Source of the DNA: Andalucia godoyi And28
Taxonomy: Eukaryota > Protista > Jakobida
Reading direction: 5' to 3'
DNA: 64,000 bases
Assembly (NCBI GenBank): GCA_009859145.1
Contig: VRVR01000003.1
Span: 133,315 to 197,314, forward strand
Shown here: in pieces, positions 21,201-33,499 of the stretch
Layout of the letters: the number at the start of each line of letters is the position of its first letter
Position numbering within the stretch: position 1 is the first letter of the stretch
Made by a program: the position numbers and the translations under genes
The notes under the pieces: model-generated
Seen by the model: the letters and a program-made list of their open reading frames with translations, nothing else
What the model was told of the DNA's origin: nothing
Database searches by the model: none

Positions 21201-24200
21201 GAAGAAGAAGAAGACGACGACATTGTGATATCGACTTTTGGTTCTCCAAAGTCTCCAGTGTTGAAACACCCTCAGCAGTCATCTTCAGGCGTTCAAAAAC
21301 AGTTTCATTCTCCAGTTTCCTCTCCCGCTCCACTCCCTGCCGCTTCGTCTCCAGTGAAGCCTACCGAACAGGCTTTTTCATCGCCGAAACCAGTCTCGTC
21401 TTCAGTCTCGACCGCCAGTCAAAACCAGGCTGCCAGATCCACGGGACCCATCAAGTCAAATATGCGTGATCCGACTGCAACGACCGCAACCGCCCCAACA
21501 AATGGTGCGCTGCGACGAAGTGGATCCTCAGCGTCCACCACTGCCAGCTCAGCGACCGGCGCCCCAGTTGTAGCGAACGCCGAACAACCACGGAACGCTA
21601 ATCCACCGAGACCAGTCTCATTGTCTGATTTGGGAGCATCTGGTGCGCAGCCCGTGCCACCGTTGCTGAGAAAGAATTCTTCCTCTGCCAGCATGGTTTC
21701 GAATTTCAGCCAGCAGCAAGCGCAGGGGCATGGACAGGGACAAGCGGCGCACTTTGTTCCAGATGACGAGTATGTGCAGTCGCTTCAGACGCAGATTGCG
21801 TTGTTGCAGGCCGAAACGGAACGACGGGTGGGCGCTGAGGAGCGTCTGCACAGGATCAACTCCGAGTTGCGCAAGCGGTTAGAAGAGTATCAGCGAACGA
21901 ACGAAGACAACGTCAGACGTGCAGAAGAAGAACTTCAGGTTTTGCAGGACCATGTGGATTTAGTTGCTGCAGAAAAGGAACGACTGGAACGGAATTTCAA
22001 GGCGGCGATAGATGACTGCGAAAGGGAAAGACGGTCGTTGGAATCAAAGATATCTGCTCTGGAACAGGGGCTTTCTGGAAAGGAAAGGGCGGCCGTCGAT
22101 GCGCTTGCGTCTCAGCAGTATCTGCGAGATGAAGTTGAGCGAGAACGCAGACTACGACTCGAAGCCGAGGATCGAGTGCGAGTTGCAACCAACGAGATGG
22201 AAGAGACCCGTCGAGGGTGGTCGGAAGCACAGCGTGCTCGTGAAGAGACGCATGAAAAGTGGAGATCCGCAGTTATGGAGGACGAAAGAAGAGGTCGTGC
22301 AGATGAGTTCTCCGAAAATCGGATGCTTCGCAATTTCATGCATCGGTGGAGAGCAGAGCGTATTCGACATGCGCGCGTGGTGCAGCTGGAACGCAAAAGT
22401 ATGCTTCGTCGGGCATTTGACTACTGGAGTCGTCAGGCACGGAACGCTTTGATCGTGAAGGATCTTGCAGGTCGAAGAACTGGGGTATTCAGAACCATTT
22501 GCTTCCGTGCTTGGCAGCGCTTTTCGCTGATCCAAAAGGTGATCAAGATGCGTCGCGAACGGCGATTGAACAACTATGCATCAGTCTTGCTGAACGTCTG
22601 GCATAACTATGCGTCCGTGGAGCGAGCTGTTGCGAAGCGCAATGCATACTTCCGCATTCGGCGCGCCATGGATTCTTGGGTTTCGTATTACAAGCGATGG
22701 GACTTTTCTCGTGATGAAGAGATGTTAGAAAGGCGCATGACGATTGATGCCATGGAGTTTCGTCTGCGATGGGCTCGCAAGAATGCCTTCCGGTCCTGGC
22801 ACAAGTATGTTGCCTTGCATCTTCGTCCGCTTCGCCAGAAGTCGGTCCTGGCATACTCGATGGCCTCTCGAGCAATCAAGCAGCGAACGATGAGCACGTG
22901 GCTGTCGGCATTCCGCAGAACTCGCTATTTGTCCACGTTCGAGAACATGGTGTCGCACATTGCGGTAGACAGACGGCTGTTGGTCAGCTGCTGGAACATT
23001 TGGACTGCAAAGGCCAGAGATGTTCTGGAAGAGCGAAGCCTCAATCGACAAGCTGACAAGTTCATTTGTCGCCGCTTCTTCCAGTACCTGTCCACTGTTG
23101 TGGAATCCAGTCGTCGACGAAAGGCGGCACTGGATGTCGCACTCCGAGGGCAAGTTGTGCACCGTGCTCGCCGGTGCATCCGTGCTTGGGCCTCCGTCAT
23201 CCATCGACGGAAGCAGATCGTTCAGGCTTTCCAGATTGCCTCTCTTGGCCATACCGCTTCGGCACTTCAGAATTCGTTTGGAAAGTGGAGGGATGCTCTG
23301 GAGAGTCGCCGTCAGCACCACATCGCGTCCCATAATCGTCTCGTGGAGTTCAAGCGCACTGTATTCAAAGCCTGGTTCAGAATCACTCGTCGGAAGGCGT
23401 TGCTGCAGGATATTGCGCACAAGTTCTCCGAAGAACACGTATCACGGGAACAAAAGGGCTATGTTCGAGAAGCCTTTGAGCACTGGCTTCGGCGATTCCG
23501 AGAAAATCGGCACGTTTACCAAATTCTTGATGTCCGTGATGCCAAGCGGGGTCGGGAGATCCTCCGTCGTGGGATATTTGGATTTTTGCGCAATGCCCTT
23601 GGGGAGAATCGCAACAAGTTGAACACGCTCGCATCCCATTTGCAGACAGTGGAAGACGAGCGTGACCAGGCTGTGGAACGGGCGACTTCCGCCGATGTTC
23701 ATTCTCTGGAATTGGTCGATCGACTGCAGGGTCTTGCTTCGGAACGAGCGGAACTCATTCGTGCGTTGGAGAGCTTGGAATCTGAGCATAATCAGACGCA
23801 GCGGGATCTTGAAGATGAAGTCATTGCCGTGCGATCTTTGCGTGCGGAAATGGCGCAATTGTCTGTGGAAAAGGACGATCTCCTTGCGCAGTTGCGTGGA
23901 TTGCAGACAGATGCAAACCGTCGCGCGGATGAGGTTACGCAGTCCGTTTTGGAACAGCAGCTGGAGTTGCACCAAGTATCTGGCGATGCAGAAGTCTGGC
24001 GAATTGCTGCAGAAGAACAGCAGAAGGAAGTCATGAGCCTCCGAGAAGCCGTTGCTGACCGTGAAGAGCGCATCGGATCTGTTCGCTCCGAGTATGAAGA
24101 GAAACTTTCCGGAGCTTTGCAACTTGTTGAGCAGCTGCGCCAGATGATAGAAGAACGAGATGCCATCGTTGCTGATCTCCGAGCTGCGCGCGAGGAAACG

Positions 24201-24890
24201 GCAATCGCTCTAAATGACACGCAGGGAACTGCAGCTGGAATGGCACAGCGTCTCCGTGAATCTCAGCAGTTGTTGGCAGATATGGAGCAGCGTCTTATAT
24301 TGGCCGAACGCGAGACGGTTGAAGCCCGTCGCCGGGCTGAGCAGTACGCAGAAAAGTTGGATGAGAAGGATGTGATTGTTCGGAAGCTTCAATACGAGGT
24401 GTCATTGCTGTCTGCTCGAGAAGATGTGCATCAAATCCGAATGTCGAGTGCACTCCGTGGCTTCGGCAGTACTGCGCACCTTTCTTCCAACCAGGGCGCA
24501 TCATCCAGCGCTCTTGCCTCGTACAACCCGAGTCGCTCCAGCTCTGCGCTTGGTAGCCACTCTGTTGCCCAGGGCTCTGCAAATGCTGGTGTGCCATCCA
24601 AGTACATTGCATCCTCTGCAATTCCTCCGTTCTCTGCGGCTGCGGCGACTGCGGTGCATGCGATGTCGACGCAGCCGTTGCCGACGGTTGCTTCAGACTA
24701 CTCGGGTGCCAATGCAGCTGCCATGGATACTGAGCTTGCGGAGCTCCAAGCGCGTATCCGTTCTCGTCTTGGAATGTCAGCCGGTGTCTCTGGTGCGGCC
24801 ATATCTGGAAGCCAAACGTCGTCGCGTGCTGCGTCTCGTCTTGGTTCCCGCCCGCGTTCGCCCACGCCAGACGCGTCATCACGGATGTGA
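19638..24890 (+). CDS. Large LRR, coiled-coil and Sfi1-like repeat protein (probable basal-body/centrin-binding)
   Basis: N-terminal SDS22-like LRRs with an LRR cap (NPVSQLPHYRSHV), a polyQ/Ser-rich linker, coiled coils, and many ~23-33 aa repeats ending FxxW (RRAFDYW, ICFRAW, KNAFRSW, REAFEHW). Confidence 0.85.
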
Positions 24891-25410
24891 GCTCGTTTCT
24901 CACCATCACCTCGATTGTTTATTTTAGTTTATATTTTAGTTTATATTTTAGTTTATATTTTTATTATTTTTATTATTATTTGTTTATTTTTATTTTTTGC
25001 GATGTTGCGACGTTCATGAAGCACTCGTCTTCCGTTTTCTCTGTTCGTTTTGCATAGTATGCGCTTCCTCCTTGGACAGCACAAAAAGAGTACCCTTAAA
25101 GCCCCCCGTTGTCTATTGCTTCCCTATTTTGTCCTTTGGGGGTGATTTGGTTTCGGTTTTCGTTTTGTTTTTAATTTTTTTAATTTTTTGATGGTTCTTT
25201 GCTGTTGATGAATTTGCATAGTACGGAAGAGACGCAGCTGCTGGGAAGGAAGAGCAAGCCACAACCAAGGTTATTTTATTATTATTATTTTTTTCTGAAG
25301 GCTTGCAAGCAGGAACACCGAAGCACACAGGCAATAAGCGTCGAACCTCACCAACCTCCCCCTCCGTTGTTCTGTCCTTCTTTTCCAAACAGAAACCGCG
25401 AAGGGTTTTC

Positions 25411-25988
25411 TTAGTTTGATCCAAACGTGTTTTCACCAGAGTACCACAGATAGATGAATCCGTCTTCATCTTTTTGCTCTTCGTAAAGCGTGCTCATCAG
25501 CATTCCAAGTGCCGGTAGCTGGTTGTTGACAAAGAGAAAGATTCCCTTCTCTGGCTCGAGCTTCAGGCGCTTTCGGACAACCTGGACGAAATGAGACACT
25601 GTCAGATCGCCCGGAACCAGATACTTTTTCTTATCAATCAACGGAATATCACTCTTTGGATCCCGCTCCAAGATGATTGGAATTCTATCAGGATACTTTC
25701 TACAGGAAAGGACATTTTTTTTAAAAAAAGAAGATCACAACAAACAATGCATGGTTAGCACACTGAAAATCGCGATCATCATAATAATCATAATCATTAT
25801 CATAGTCAAAAACAACGATAATGATACATCAACAAAACAAAAACAAAAACAAAACTATGACATAGACAACCACGGCTCGACGAATAAAAAGAAGAAACGC
25901 ACTATACATACTGGAGAATTCTTGACGACTCTGAAGTCCGCTTATCAAGAGGATGAGTCTGTTTGAACTCCGACACTCGCTTTGGCAT
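25411..25988 (-). CDS. ATG8: Autophagy ubiquitin-like protein ATG8, two exons (25912-25988, 25411-25699)
   Basis: Spliced [26 protein letters not shown]|[29 protein letters not shown]...[16 protein letters not shown]...CCTGTAG intron at 25700-25911; 366 nt in frame. Confidence 0.96.
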
Positions 25989-26605
25989 TTTTGTATGATA
26001 ATCACGGGTATCAGAGAGAGCTTTGGACCGATCAAGAGAAAGGAAGAAACCAAGGAAGAAACCAGCAAACAATAAAATAGATGGAGCAAAAGAAGAAGAA
26101 AGAAATTCCAAGAAAATACAAACCGAGGTTGAAATGAAGAGTTTAAAGAAATCTCTTTGATGATGTTCGTCGGGGTGTTTTGTCGGCGAATGAACTCGAA
26201 ATTTCGGGAAGAGTTGAGAGGGATTCGGTTCCTATTGGAGTTCATGTTTTGTCATCTTTCTACAGCAGATTCCAGATAACAATTTGCTTGCTGGTTGTCA
26301 CAACAGGAGAGTTAGTACAGGAAGCTTGCGAAAGTTGGGCGCTCTTGTGGAGTTGTTGGTAAGAAAGTGAGGATACATTGCAACTTTCTCAAAACACATC
26401 TAAATTTGTGAACGACGACGATACCCAAATCAAAACGAAATAAAGATCGAGTTTTAAATTTTAAAAACTGTGAAAAAATCGTGGAAGAGAAGGAGATTGG
26501 GAGTTCTATTTAGTTTTAATCAGATGGTGAAAAAGCACCCCTTGCGTTAGGGTTTCAAGCAATTTGCCAAAAGACGAGGAATACGAAAATTGGTCGTTAT
26601 TCGTG

Positions 26606-26610
<5 letters not shown>

Positions 26611-26667
<57 letters not shown>
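26611..26667. repeat. (CT)n microsatellite
   Basis: Directly visible. Confidence 0.95.
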
Positions 26668-26673
<6 letters not shown>

Positions 26674-26737
26674 CCCCTTCCCCTAATGAACGTGGTGTTG
26701 ATAGTGGAGATTGATTGTGCACAACATTCTTTGGCGG

Positions 26738-28801
26738 ATGAGTTCCTCGGAAGTTGATCTTCACGGAAGGAAGTTGTCTTCTTTTGCAAATGTACAGATT
26801 CCGTCGAAAACCCAGCTGCTGAATGTGTCGTTCAATTTGCTTTCCGAGCTGGATGCTGTGACTTTCAAAGCGTTGCGCGAGATTAGGACTCTGAAGGCTC
26901 AGTACAATGAACTGCGGTCGATTCCTGGGCTTATCTCTTGTTTCAAAATCACGCACTTGTATCTTCAACACAACCAGCTTTCCAGTGTCAAAGGGTGTTT
27001 CAAAGGCTTGACGAATCTCGAAGTCTTGTTTCTCGACCAGAATCACTTAGTCAGTCTTGATGGCATCCAAGATTGCGTAGGGCTGAAGGTTCTCTCTGCT
27101 GCTGAAAACAGACTCACACAGGTTAAACATGCGGAATTTCGTCTGTTGACGCATCTAGAAGAAGCGAATTTGGAGAAAAACGCTATTGCAGGGACCATGG
27201 ATTTGGGCGTCTTTGACTCGTGCGTCGAACTCGTGGATCTGAATATTTCCTTCAATTCTGCACTCTCCGAGTTGAAGGGATCGCTTCCGAAGGCACTGAT
27301 TGAACTGAGTGTTCGGAGTTGTCAGAACTTGGGCTTCATTGAAGGTGCGCTTGGGCAGCTGAAACTGCTTGATCGCAGAAACTGCCCATTGTTGATGACA
27401 AAGAAGTCCTGTAACGATGCTGCAGTCGAAGAGGTGCTGAGTGGGTGTGATTCCAGTGGATCAGCGGCGGCAGCGGCGACCACGGCAGAGTCGGTGCGAG
27501 AAGGGCTCTGGGCGTCCTCTCCAGACGATAGAAGTCTGCTGGATATGGATGACGTGAAGTCGCAGTTCGACTCGTACCTCGACTATCTGCTGAGAAAAGT
27601 GAGGAGACAAGAGGTTCCTGTGGGACACGACGCTCCGAAAGCGAAGGATATTCTCGCCAGCGCACGAGCATTCCCGTCTGCAGGATCCATTGCGGCGAGC
27701 ACTGCGGCTGTACTGGACCGCTCTTTGGACGCGCCGCAAGATCGCAAGGCTCGAAAGATCAGGGAACAAGATGCAGCAATGGTGGTTGAAGTCGAGGCGG
27801 AGATTGCAGAACAGTTTGAAAAGAGCAGAAGTGTAATACAGAAGGCGGAATCTGTGCTACAAGAGCGCTCTGGAAATGTGTCGAGCTCTCTTCCACCGAA
27901 AACTTTGACAAAATCGTCTGCCTCCACGACACACAAAACCGCCACAATGAGTGCCTCTGCCTCTACCGGGTCTTCGTCGGCTCGCAAGTCTTCAACAGTT
28001 GTCAGCTCGTCGCCCCGAACTGGCACGACAAAATCACCCTCCTCGACTCCTCGGTCATCTGCTGGCGGAACTCCTGTGGCGAGTGCTCGGCTCAACACTG
28101 ACTTGAATTCCGCTTCTCGATCGTCCATCCTCGCAAGACCGAAATCAGAGGATTCCTCCACAAGAAGCCGCGGCGCCATATCTGTTACGGAGTCTGGGAA
28201 GCCGGATCGTCCGTCCAGTGGTCTCTTTCGACGACTGCATGCTGCGCAAAGTTACGCACAAGGGTCTCCAAAGGATGCGTCGAAGCAACGAATCGCATCT
28301 GTTCCAGAAGAGGACATGGACAAGAGCAGTGGTATTTATCACGACGACGACGCAGATGATGATGATGAGGATGATTCGGAACACATCCTTGCGAAATTGC
28401 ACCGTATGGATTCTTCGAATGGTCGCACGACTTCGACTGGCAGCAGCAGCAATCACGATGGCTCTCTTGACTTGGATCTTGCTTCATTCAAAGAACGCCT
28501 TCAGAGCACCGACTTCAAGCAACTGGAGCAAGAATTGCTGCGTGATTCTTCTCGTGCATCGTACATAGAAGAAGGGGACGAAAGAAACGACGATGACGAT
28601 GACGAAGATGAAGAGATATCGGGGACTGTCAAGAGGAATGACGCTCTCAACAGTGCAAGACCAATGAGTGCGCGGTCGCAGGCTGCAGCTTCGCGTATCG
28701 CGCCTGATGTGCTGTATTCAAAACACTCATCCGACTCGCTGACTCGCATTCAACGGCCATTGTCAGGACGACGGCAAGCAGCCGATGCTCCTGGAACTTG
28801 A
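26738..28801 (+). CDS. Leucine-rich repeat protein with a disordered Ser-rich C-terminus
   Basis: About 10 LxxLxLxxNxL repeats in the N-terminal third. Confidence 0.88.
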   Translation: MSSSEVDLHGRKLSSFANVQIPSKTQLLNVSFNLLSELDAVTFKALREIRTLKAQYNELRSIPGLISCFKITHLYLQHNQLSSVKGCFKGLTNLEVLFLDQNHLVSLDGIQDCVGLKVLSAAENRLTQVKHAEFRLLTHLEEANLEKNAIAGTMDLGVFDSCVELVDLNISFNSALSELKGSLPKALIELSVRSCQNLGFIEGALGQLKLLDRRNCPLLMTKKSCNDAAVEEVLSGCDSSGSAAAAATTAESVREGLWASSPDDRSLLDMDDVKSQFDSYLDYLLRKVRRQEVPVGHDAPKAKDILASARAFPSAGSIAASTAAVLDRSLDAPQDRKARKIREQDAAMVVEVEAEIAEQFEKSRSVIQKAESVLQERSGNVSSSLPPKTLTKSSASTTHKTATMSASASTGSSSARKSSTVVSSSPRTGTTKSPSSTPRSSAGGTPVASARLNTDLNSASRSSILARPKSEDSSTRSRGAISVTESGKPDRPSSGLFRRLHAAQSYAQGSPKDASKQRIASVPEEDMDKSSGIYHDDDADDDDEDDSEHILAKLHRMDSSNGRTTSTGSSSNHDGSLDLDLASFKERLQSTDFKQLEQELLRDSSRASYIEEGDERNDDDDDEDEEISGTVKRNDALNSARPMSARSQAAASRIAPDVLYSKHSSDSLTRIQRPLSGRRQAADAPGT

Positions 28802-28878
28802 TGTGTATTGTGTGTGTGCGTGCGAGAGAGAGTGAGAGAAGCGGGAATTCCCTCGTTGCCCAATGTTCGATTCGACAA

Positions 28879-29247
28879 CGCCTACATTGTACACTAACCA
28901 CGGATAATCATCGCTGACCACCCATAGTCAATGTTGCAACCCAACAACATGCATAGCATGATTGGGAAGGGGGTAGGCCCCAACACGCCCCTCGGCATGA
29001 GAGATGTTCCTAAGATAGATGTTGCGTTGCATGGACAATAAGAATAAGAAATGAGTGTCGCTGTGCGAGAATGCAACGCGGCGGCGTGTTTACAGGGACT
29101 TCACGATCAAAATGGGGCGAAACGAATCGGGCATCGTGTGACGGAGTTGCTCAAGATAACAGATGCATGCGCATGCGCATGGCAGTGTTTTTTTTTTTGT
29201 TTGCGTGTGCTTTAGATTGCTTCATCATATCACAATAAGTGGCAACG
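28879..29247 (-). mobile_element. Non-autonomous Fanzor/TnpB-derived element, copy B
   Basis: CCG|TTGCCAC left junction; RNIYLRNISHAEGRVGAYPLP...* remnant; ...ACAATGTAGG-CG right end; full-length homolog of copy A. Confidence 0.87.
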
Positions 29248-29418
29248 GCGCCGCCAAAGAAGGAGATTGTAAATATGGTTCTACAGCATAATACAAAATA
29301 ATGAAGTTACAACACCGAGCGAAAACTATACAGCGTCGACAAAACGAACTTCTGCCTTTTTGGCAGGATACACAAGAAATGCTAAAAACAAAACGATCAA
29401 CAGCAAGGACCAGAAATC

Positions 29419-31026
29419 TCACGACTTTGCAACCGCTTGCGGAGCGTCCAGTTCCTTGCATTTTTCAATCCAGCGTTGATGAAGGTACTCTGCAACGGGA
29501 TGGTCTTCATACGACCCATCGGCTTCCTCGTTCTCCGCAGGCTGATTTTTCTTACCGGGTCCCAGACTGCTCAAGAAAGAATCTGTAAAGGTCGGATATT
29601 CGCGTTCAACGGTACGGAATGCAGCGATGAGTTGCTCAATCGCGAACCGCGCGGAATCGGAAGGCGCGTCCGCATTCAACGACTCAATGCTCGGAATGAG
29701 AACTGACTCCAAAGCCTCGCTGCCAAGATTTCTATGGGCCCCTGGTCTTCCCGAGGCAGGAACACTTTGCTTGCTATCCGTCACAGTCTTCACTCCATTG
29801 TTGGCATTCATATTGTTCGCAGAATGAGGACCAGAAGCTGCCGCAGCTGCCGCAGTTGCGGCAGCGACAACAGAAGCCGATGATTTTGCACCGCTGGGGG
29901 CCATCTTGATCGTTCCGTACTTCTCGCCGTCGTCGCCGCTGTCAGAATCCTCGTCCGAATCGACGGGAAGCTCCTGTTTCTTCGGCAGCGGTTTCGCTGG
30001 TCCGTTGTTGTTTCCAGTGTCTCTGAGTCCCGCAGGAGGATTCTTCATCTTGATCGTGCCAAAGTCCCAATCATCATCTTCTTCGTCCTCATCGTCGTCT
30101 TCTTCTTTGCTGTCAGCGTCACCATCGTCGTCCTCGTTGTCCTCAGGTTTGCCCTCTTTCCTTGTGGCAGTCGCCTCCACAGGAATCCGACCCTCTCCCA
30201 TCAGTCTTCTCGACTCAATGAGATCAATAAGAATGTCGGCTCGCTTTGGCGCGCTCTTGATAAACTTGTGCTTGAGCAACTCCTTAGTTGTCGGTCTCTC
30301 TGATGGTTCCTTCACCAAACACGCCGCAATAAAGTCTCTGAAATTCTTGGAGTACTGTGCATCCAACACCGGAGGAGGGTTCTTTGGAATGAGGAACAAA
30401 ACACGCATCGGATGCATGTCAAAATAAGGAGGCTCCCCTTTGGCAAGCTCAATCGCCGTGATGCCAAGACTCCAGATATCCGCAGAAGCATTGTATCCCG
30501 CTTGCTTGATCACTTCGGGTGCCATCCAGAACGGCGTACCGACGAACGTGTTTCTTCTCGTCATTGTTTCCGACAACTGACCACAAACTCCGAAATCCGC
30601 TAGCTTGATTTCGCCTTTGGCAGACATTAACACATTGGCAGCCTTGATATCTCGGTGAATCATCCGCTCGGAATGCAGCGCATCCAATCCCGAAACCATT
30701 TCCCTCACTATGTATGCAATCACAGACTCGTCCAACGGCCCAGACTTGCGCAAATCAAGAACAGAGCCGGCGGCTAGATACTCCATCACAATCCACAATT
30801 TCGTGTCCTTGACAAATGAGCCATAAACTCGCACAATGTGCGGCGAAGCAACGCGCATTTGCATGTGAATCTCCTTTTGAATGTCTTCGATCTCATCCTC
30901 CGCCTCGTCGAGATCAATGATTTTCACCGCGACGATCTCACCGGTGGTTTTATTGCGTGCTTTCCATACTTCACCAAACGATCCTCGCCCAATCTTCTCA
31001 GTCTTTTCTATTTCGTCCGGCCGCAT
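29419..31026 (-). CDS. STE20/GCK-III Ser/Thr kinase (MST3/STK24/STK25/SvkA-like)
   Basis: [59 protein letters not shown]; acidic linker with DWDFG. Confidence 0.95.
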   Translation of the reverse strand: MRPDEIEKTEKIGRGSFGEVWKARNKTTGEIVAVKIIDLDEAEDEIEDIQKEIHMQMRVASPHIVRVYGSFVKDTKLWIVMEYLAAGSVLDLRKSGPLDESVIAYIVREMVSGLDALHSERMIHRDIKAANVLMSAKGEIKLADFGVCGQLSETMTRRNTFVGTPFWMAPEVIKQAGYNASADIWSLGITAIELAKGEPPYFDMHPMRVLFLIPKNPPPVLDAQYSKNFRDFIAACLVKEPSERPTTKELLKHKFIKSAPKRADILIDLIESRRLMGEGRIPVEATATRKEGKPEDNEDDDGDADSKEEDDDEDEEDDDWDFGTIKMKNPPAGLRDTGNNNGPAKPLPKKQELPVDSDEDSDSGDDGEKYGTIKMAPSGAKSSASVVAAATAAAAAASGPHSANNMNANNGVKTVTDSKQSVPASGRPGAHRNLGSEALESVLIPSIESLNADAPSDSARFAIEQLIAAFRTVEREYPTFTDSFLSSLGPGKKNQPAENEEADGSYEDHPVAEYLHQRWIEKCKELDAPQAVAKS

Positions 31027-32343
31027 TGCGTAGTGTTTATATGATGTATATCCTCTGTGTGTGTCTGTCTCTGTGTGGGTGTGTGCGGGTGTGCGGGTGT
31101 GCGGGTGTCAGGGACTGTTCTTCTCTTTTCCTTCTGTTTCTCAATGGGCTCGAAGCGGGAGAAAAAGAGGATCGGGAGAAAAAAGGACAAGAAAAAAGAC
31201 AAGTGGAGAATGACTATGAGAGGAGGGGGGTTGGGGGAAACAAAAGAAGGAAAAAGAAAAAAGTGAGAGAAAGTGAGAGAGAGAAAGAGGGAGGGGAGTG
31301 AGAGAGAGAGAGAAATGCTTTTGAAGTTCCGAGAAAGAAAGGACGGGGCAATTTGGGCATCGCATTTGGATATCGGAGACTGGAGGATATAGGGATTCGA
31401 CGACCGAAAAAAAAATCATATGAAGAATCCGCAACAGTTTGCAAGTCGTGTCTCGGAGCCTTCTTTTTTTCTTTATTAATTTTATTAATTATATAAATTA
31501 TCAGTTATTTTCCTTCGCGCCAAATGGTCGTTCATCAAATACCTCCTTTTCTTCTTTTTCTGTTTGCCTGTTTTTTTATTCTGTTTTGTAGGTTGTTCAT
31601 TTGGGAATGTCGCTGGAAACAGAAACGGGATGAAGTGGGTGAAGGGGGTGCAAGAGACTTGCAGTTATAACTCTCTCTCTCTCTCTGTGCTCTTTTTAAA
31701 TATTATTTTAATAATAATAGTTCATTTTTGTTGGAGAACTTCCAAATGGTCGTGGAGAAGTGACGGTCTGTAGAACAACAGAGAGTGCACATATGTCCCT
31801 GATGTTCGTTCTATCCGTACGCGCTGCCTCCTGATCCTTCGAGATGCCAACCCCTGAAAGCAATAATAATATATGTTTTTTCCCTTGTATGCGCGCGCTT
31901 CAGACATGGCATCGGATGTGGATGCGTTTCATGTTCCGTCCCGAGTTCTCCTAGCAATCAGCACGCCCCTCTTCGCGCTGAAGCGAAAAGGATTGAAGAA
32001 AAAAAGAAAAAAGAAAAAAGAAAAAAGAAAAAAGAAAAAGAAAAAAGAAAAAGAAAAAAAAGCAGCAGCAGTGCGGACAGTGCGATTAATCGACAGCTGC
32101 CGTACTGCTTTTGATCGATTGCACGATCGATCCGAATCTGCTGATCTGGCCTCAAAGGGTGGTGGCTCTTTTGTGATTTGACAAAACGATTTTTGATTTC
32201 CTTCTTGCGCTTCTCCATCGTGTTCTGTTCTTTTCCTGTTTGCTGCCGAGTCCGTGTTTCTTTCCAAACACCTCCTCTTTTTCTTTCTTTCTTCTTTTTC
32301 AACCGAAAGCAATCAAACTAACAAACAAGAAACGAGGAAAAGA

Positions 32344-33408
32344 ATGTCTGATCGACCTGCCGAACTTTCTTTAGCTGCGGACGCGGTCCAAGTGTACAAG
32401 GTGGAGAACGGAGTCCAAGAGTATCTCGAGACAGCCGAACTTCGGGTTCTTGAGACTGTCATTACGGATGCAGAAAAGGCAGAAGCGGAGTTCCCGGAAG
32501 ACTCGCCGGGAGAAATTCTTTTGTTGCAGATTGGATCGTTGAATCTCCCGCTTGCCCCCCACATTCCCACTCTTCGGCTGGCTCGTCGCAACTACATGAT
32601 CGCTCAAAATGGCGGTGTCTTTTATGCCATTTTGTTCCCGCATGACTGTGAAGAGGAAATCATTAATGAGTTTGAAGAGCTCTTGAAGAGCCGGACTGCA
32701 TACAAGATTACCGGAACGGACGGAAAGGTGGTTGCGGTTGCCTCCAAGACGACGACGGGGGTTGCTGTCGGATCGGCAATGATCGTGAAGGGGATTGAAA
32801 AGGGAACTGCGATGGCGGTGAAGGGACTGCGATTTGCGTCTGGGTTCATCCGCTCAAAGGTGAAGCCCAAGGAGGAAGCTGTGCACGTGTCATCGCAGGT
32901 GATGTCCAAGGCACATCAGGCCAAGATTCTGTCATCCACCGCCGTCACCGTTTCACAAGGGCTTGTTAACGGCATGGTTGCCATGTCCAAGGAAATGGCA
33001 AAGACATTGGCGGAGGGAATCAACAAGACAGAGTTTGGCCACAAGATGCAGTCAAACTCTTCGGGACCAAAGATGCAAGCCGCCAAGCAAGTGGGATTTG
33101 CAACACTCGCTGCGGTCTCGGATATTTTTGAAGCCATGGGCAAAGCAGGTAAGACGGTTGTCAAGGAGGCTGGAAATGCAACGGCAGAAGTAGTCGGACA
33201 TAGGTATGGGGCAGAGGCAGAGGATTTGACCAGAGTCGCCGGAGCGGCAGCAGGTAACCTTGGTTTGGCTGCTTCAAACGTCTCTGGACTCGGTATGAAG
33301 ACCATCGTCAAGAAGACTGCGGTCGAAACCGCGAAAGAGGTCGCGAAGAACGAGTCTTCGGAAAACTCTTCAAAGAATCCAGACTCGGTCAACGAGGAAG
33401 TTGAATAA
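32344..33408 (+). CDS. Senescence/spartin-associated domain protein
   Basis: Ala/Gly/Val-rich C-terminal domain (GSAMIVKGIEKG...LEAMGKAGKTV...VGHRYGAEA) typical of the Senescence family. Confidence 0.8.
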   Translation: MSDRPAELSLAADAVQVYKVENGVQEYLETAELRVLETVITDAEKAEAEFPEDSPGEILLLQIGSLNLPLAPHIPTLRLARRNYMIAQNGGVFYAILFPHDCEEEIINEFEELLKSRTAYKITGTDGKVVAVASKTTTGVAVGSAMIVKGIEKGTAMAVKGLRFASGFIRSKVKPKEEAVHVSSQVMSKAHQAKILSSTAVTVSQGLVNGMVAMSKEMAKTLAEGINKTEFGHKMQSNSSGPKMQAAKQVGFATLAAVSDIFEAMGKAGKTVVKEAGNATAEVVGHRYGAEAEDLTRVAGAAAGNLGLAASNVSGLGMKTIVKKTAVETAKEVAKNESSENSSKNPDSVNEEVE

Positions 33409-33499
33409 AGGAAACAGCGACATTGGTTGGCACAAGCGAGTGGAAAACCGTAAGTCTGTGTATTCAAGATTTGAAAGGAAAACACTCGTTAAAGACCCT

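Noticed and set aside
33476-33499. Similar short motif (GGAAA..CACTCGT) in the right flanks of copies A and C
   Set aside because: The offset differs and the similarity does not extend; probably chance, though weak extra target preference cannot be excluded.
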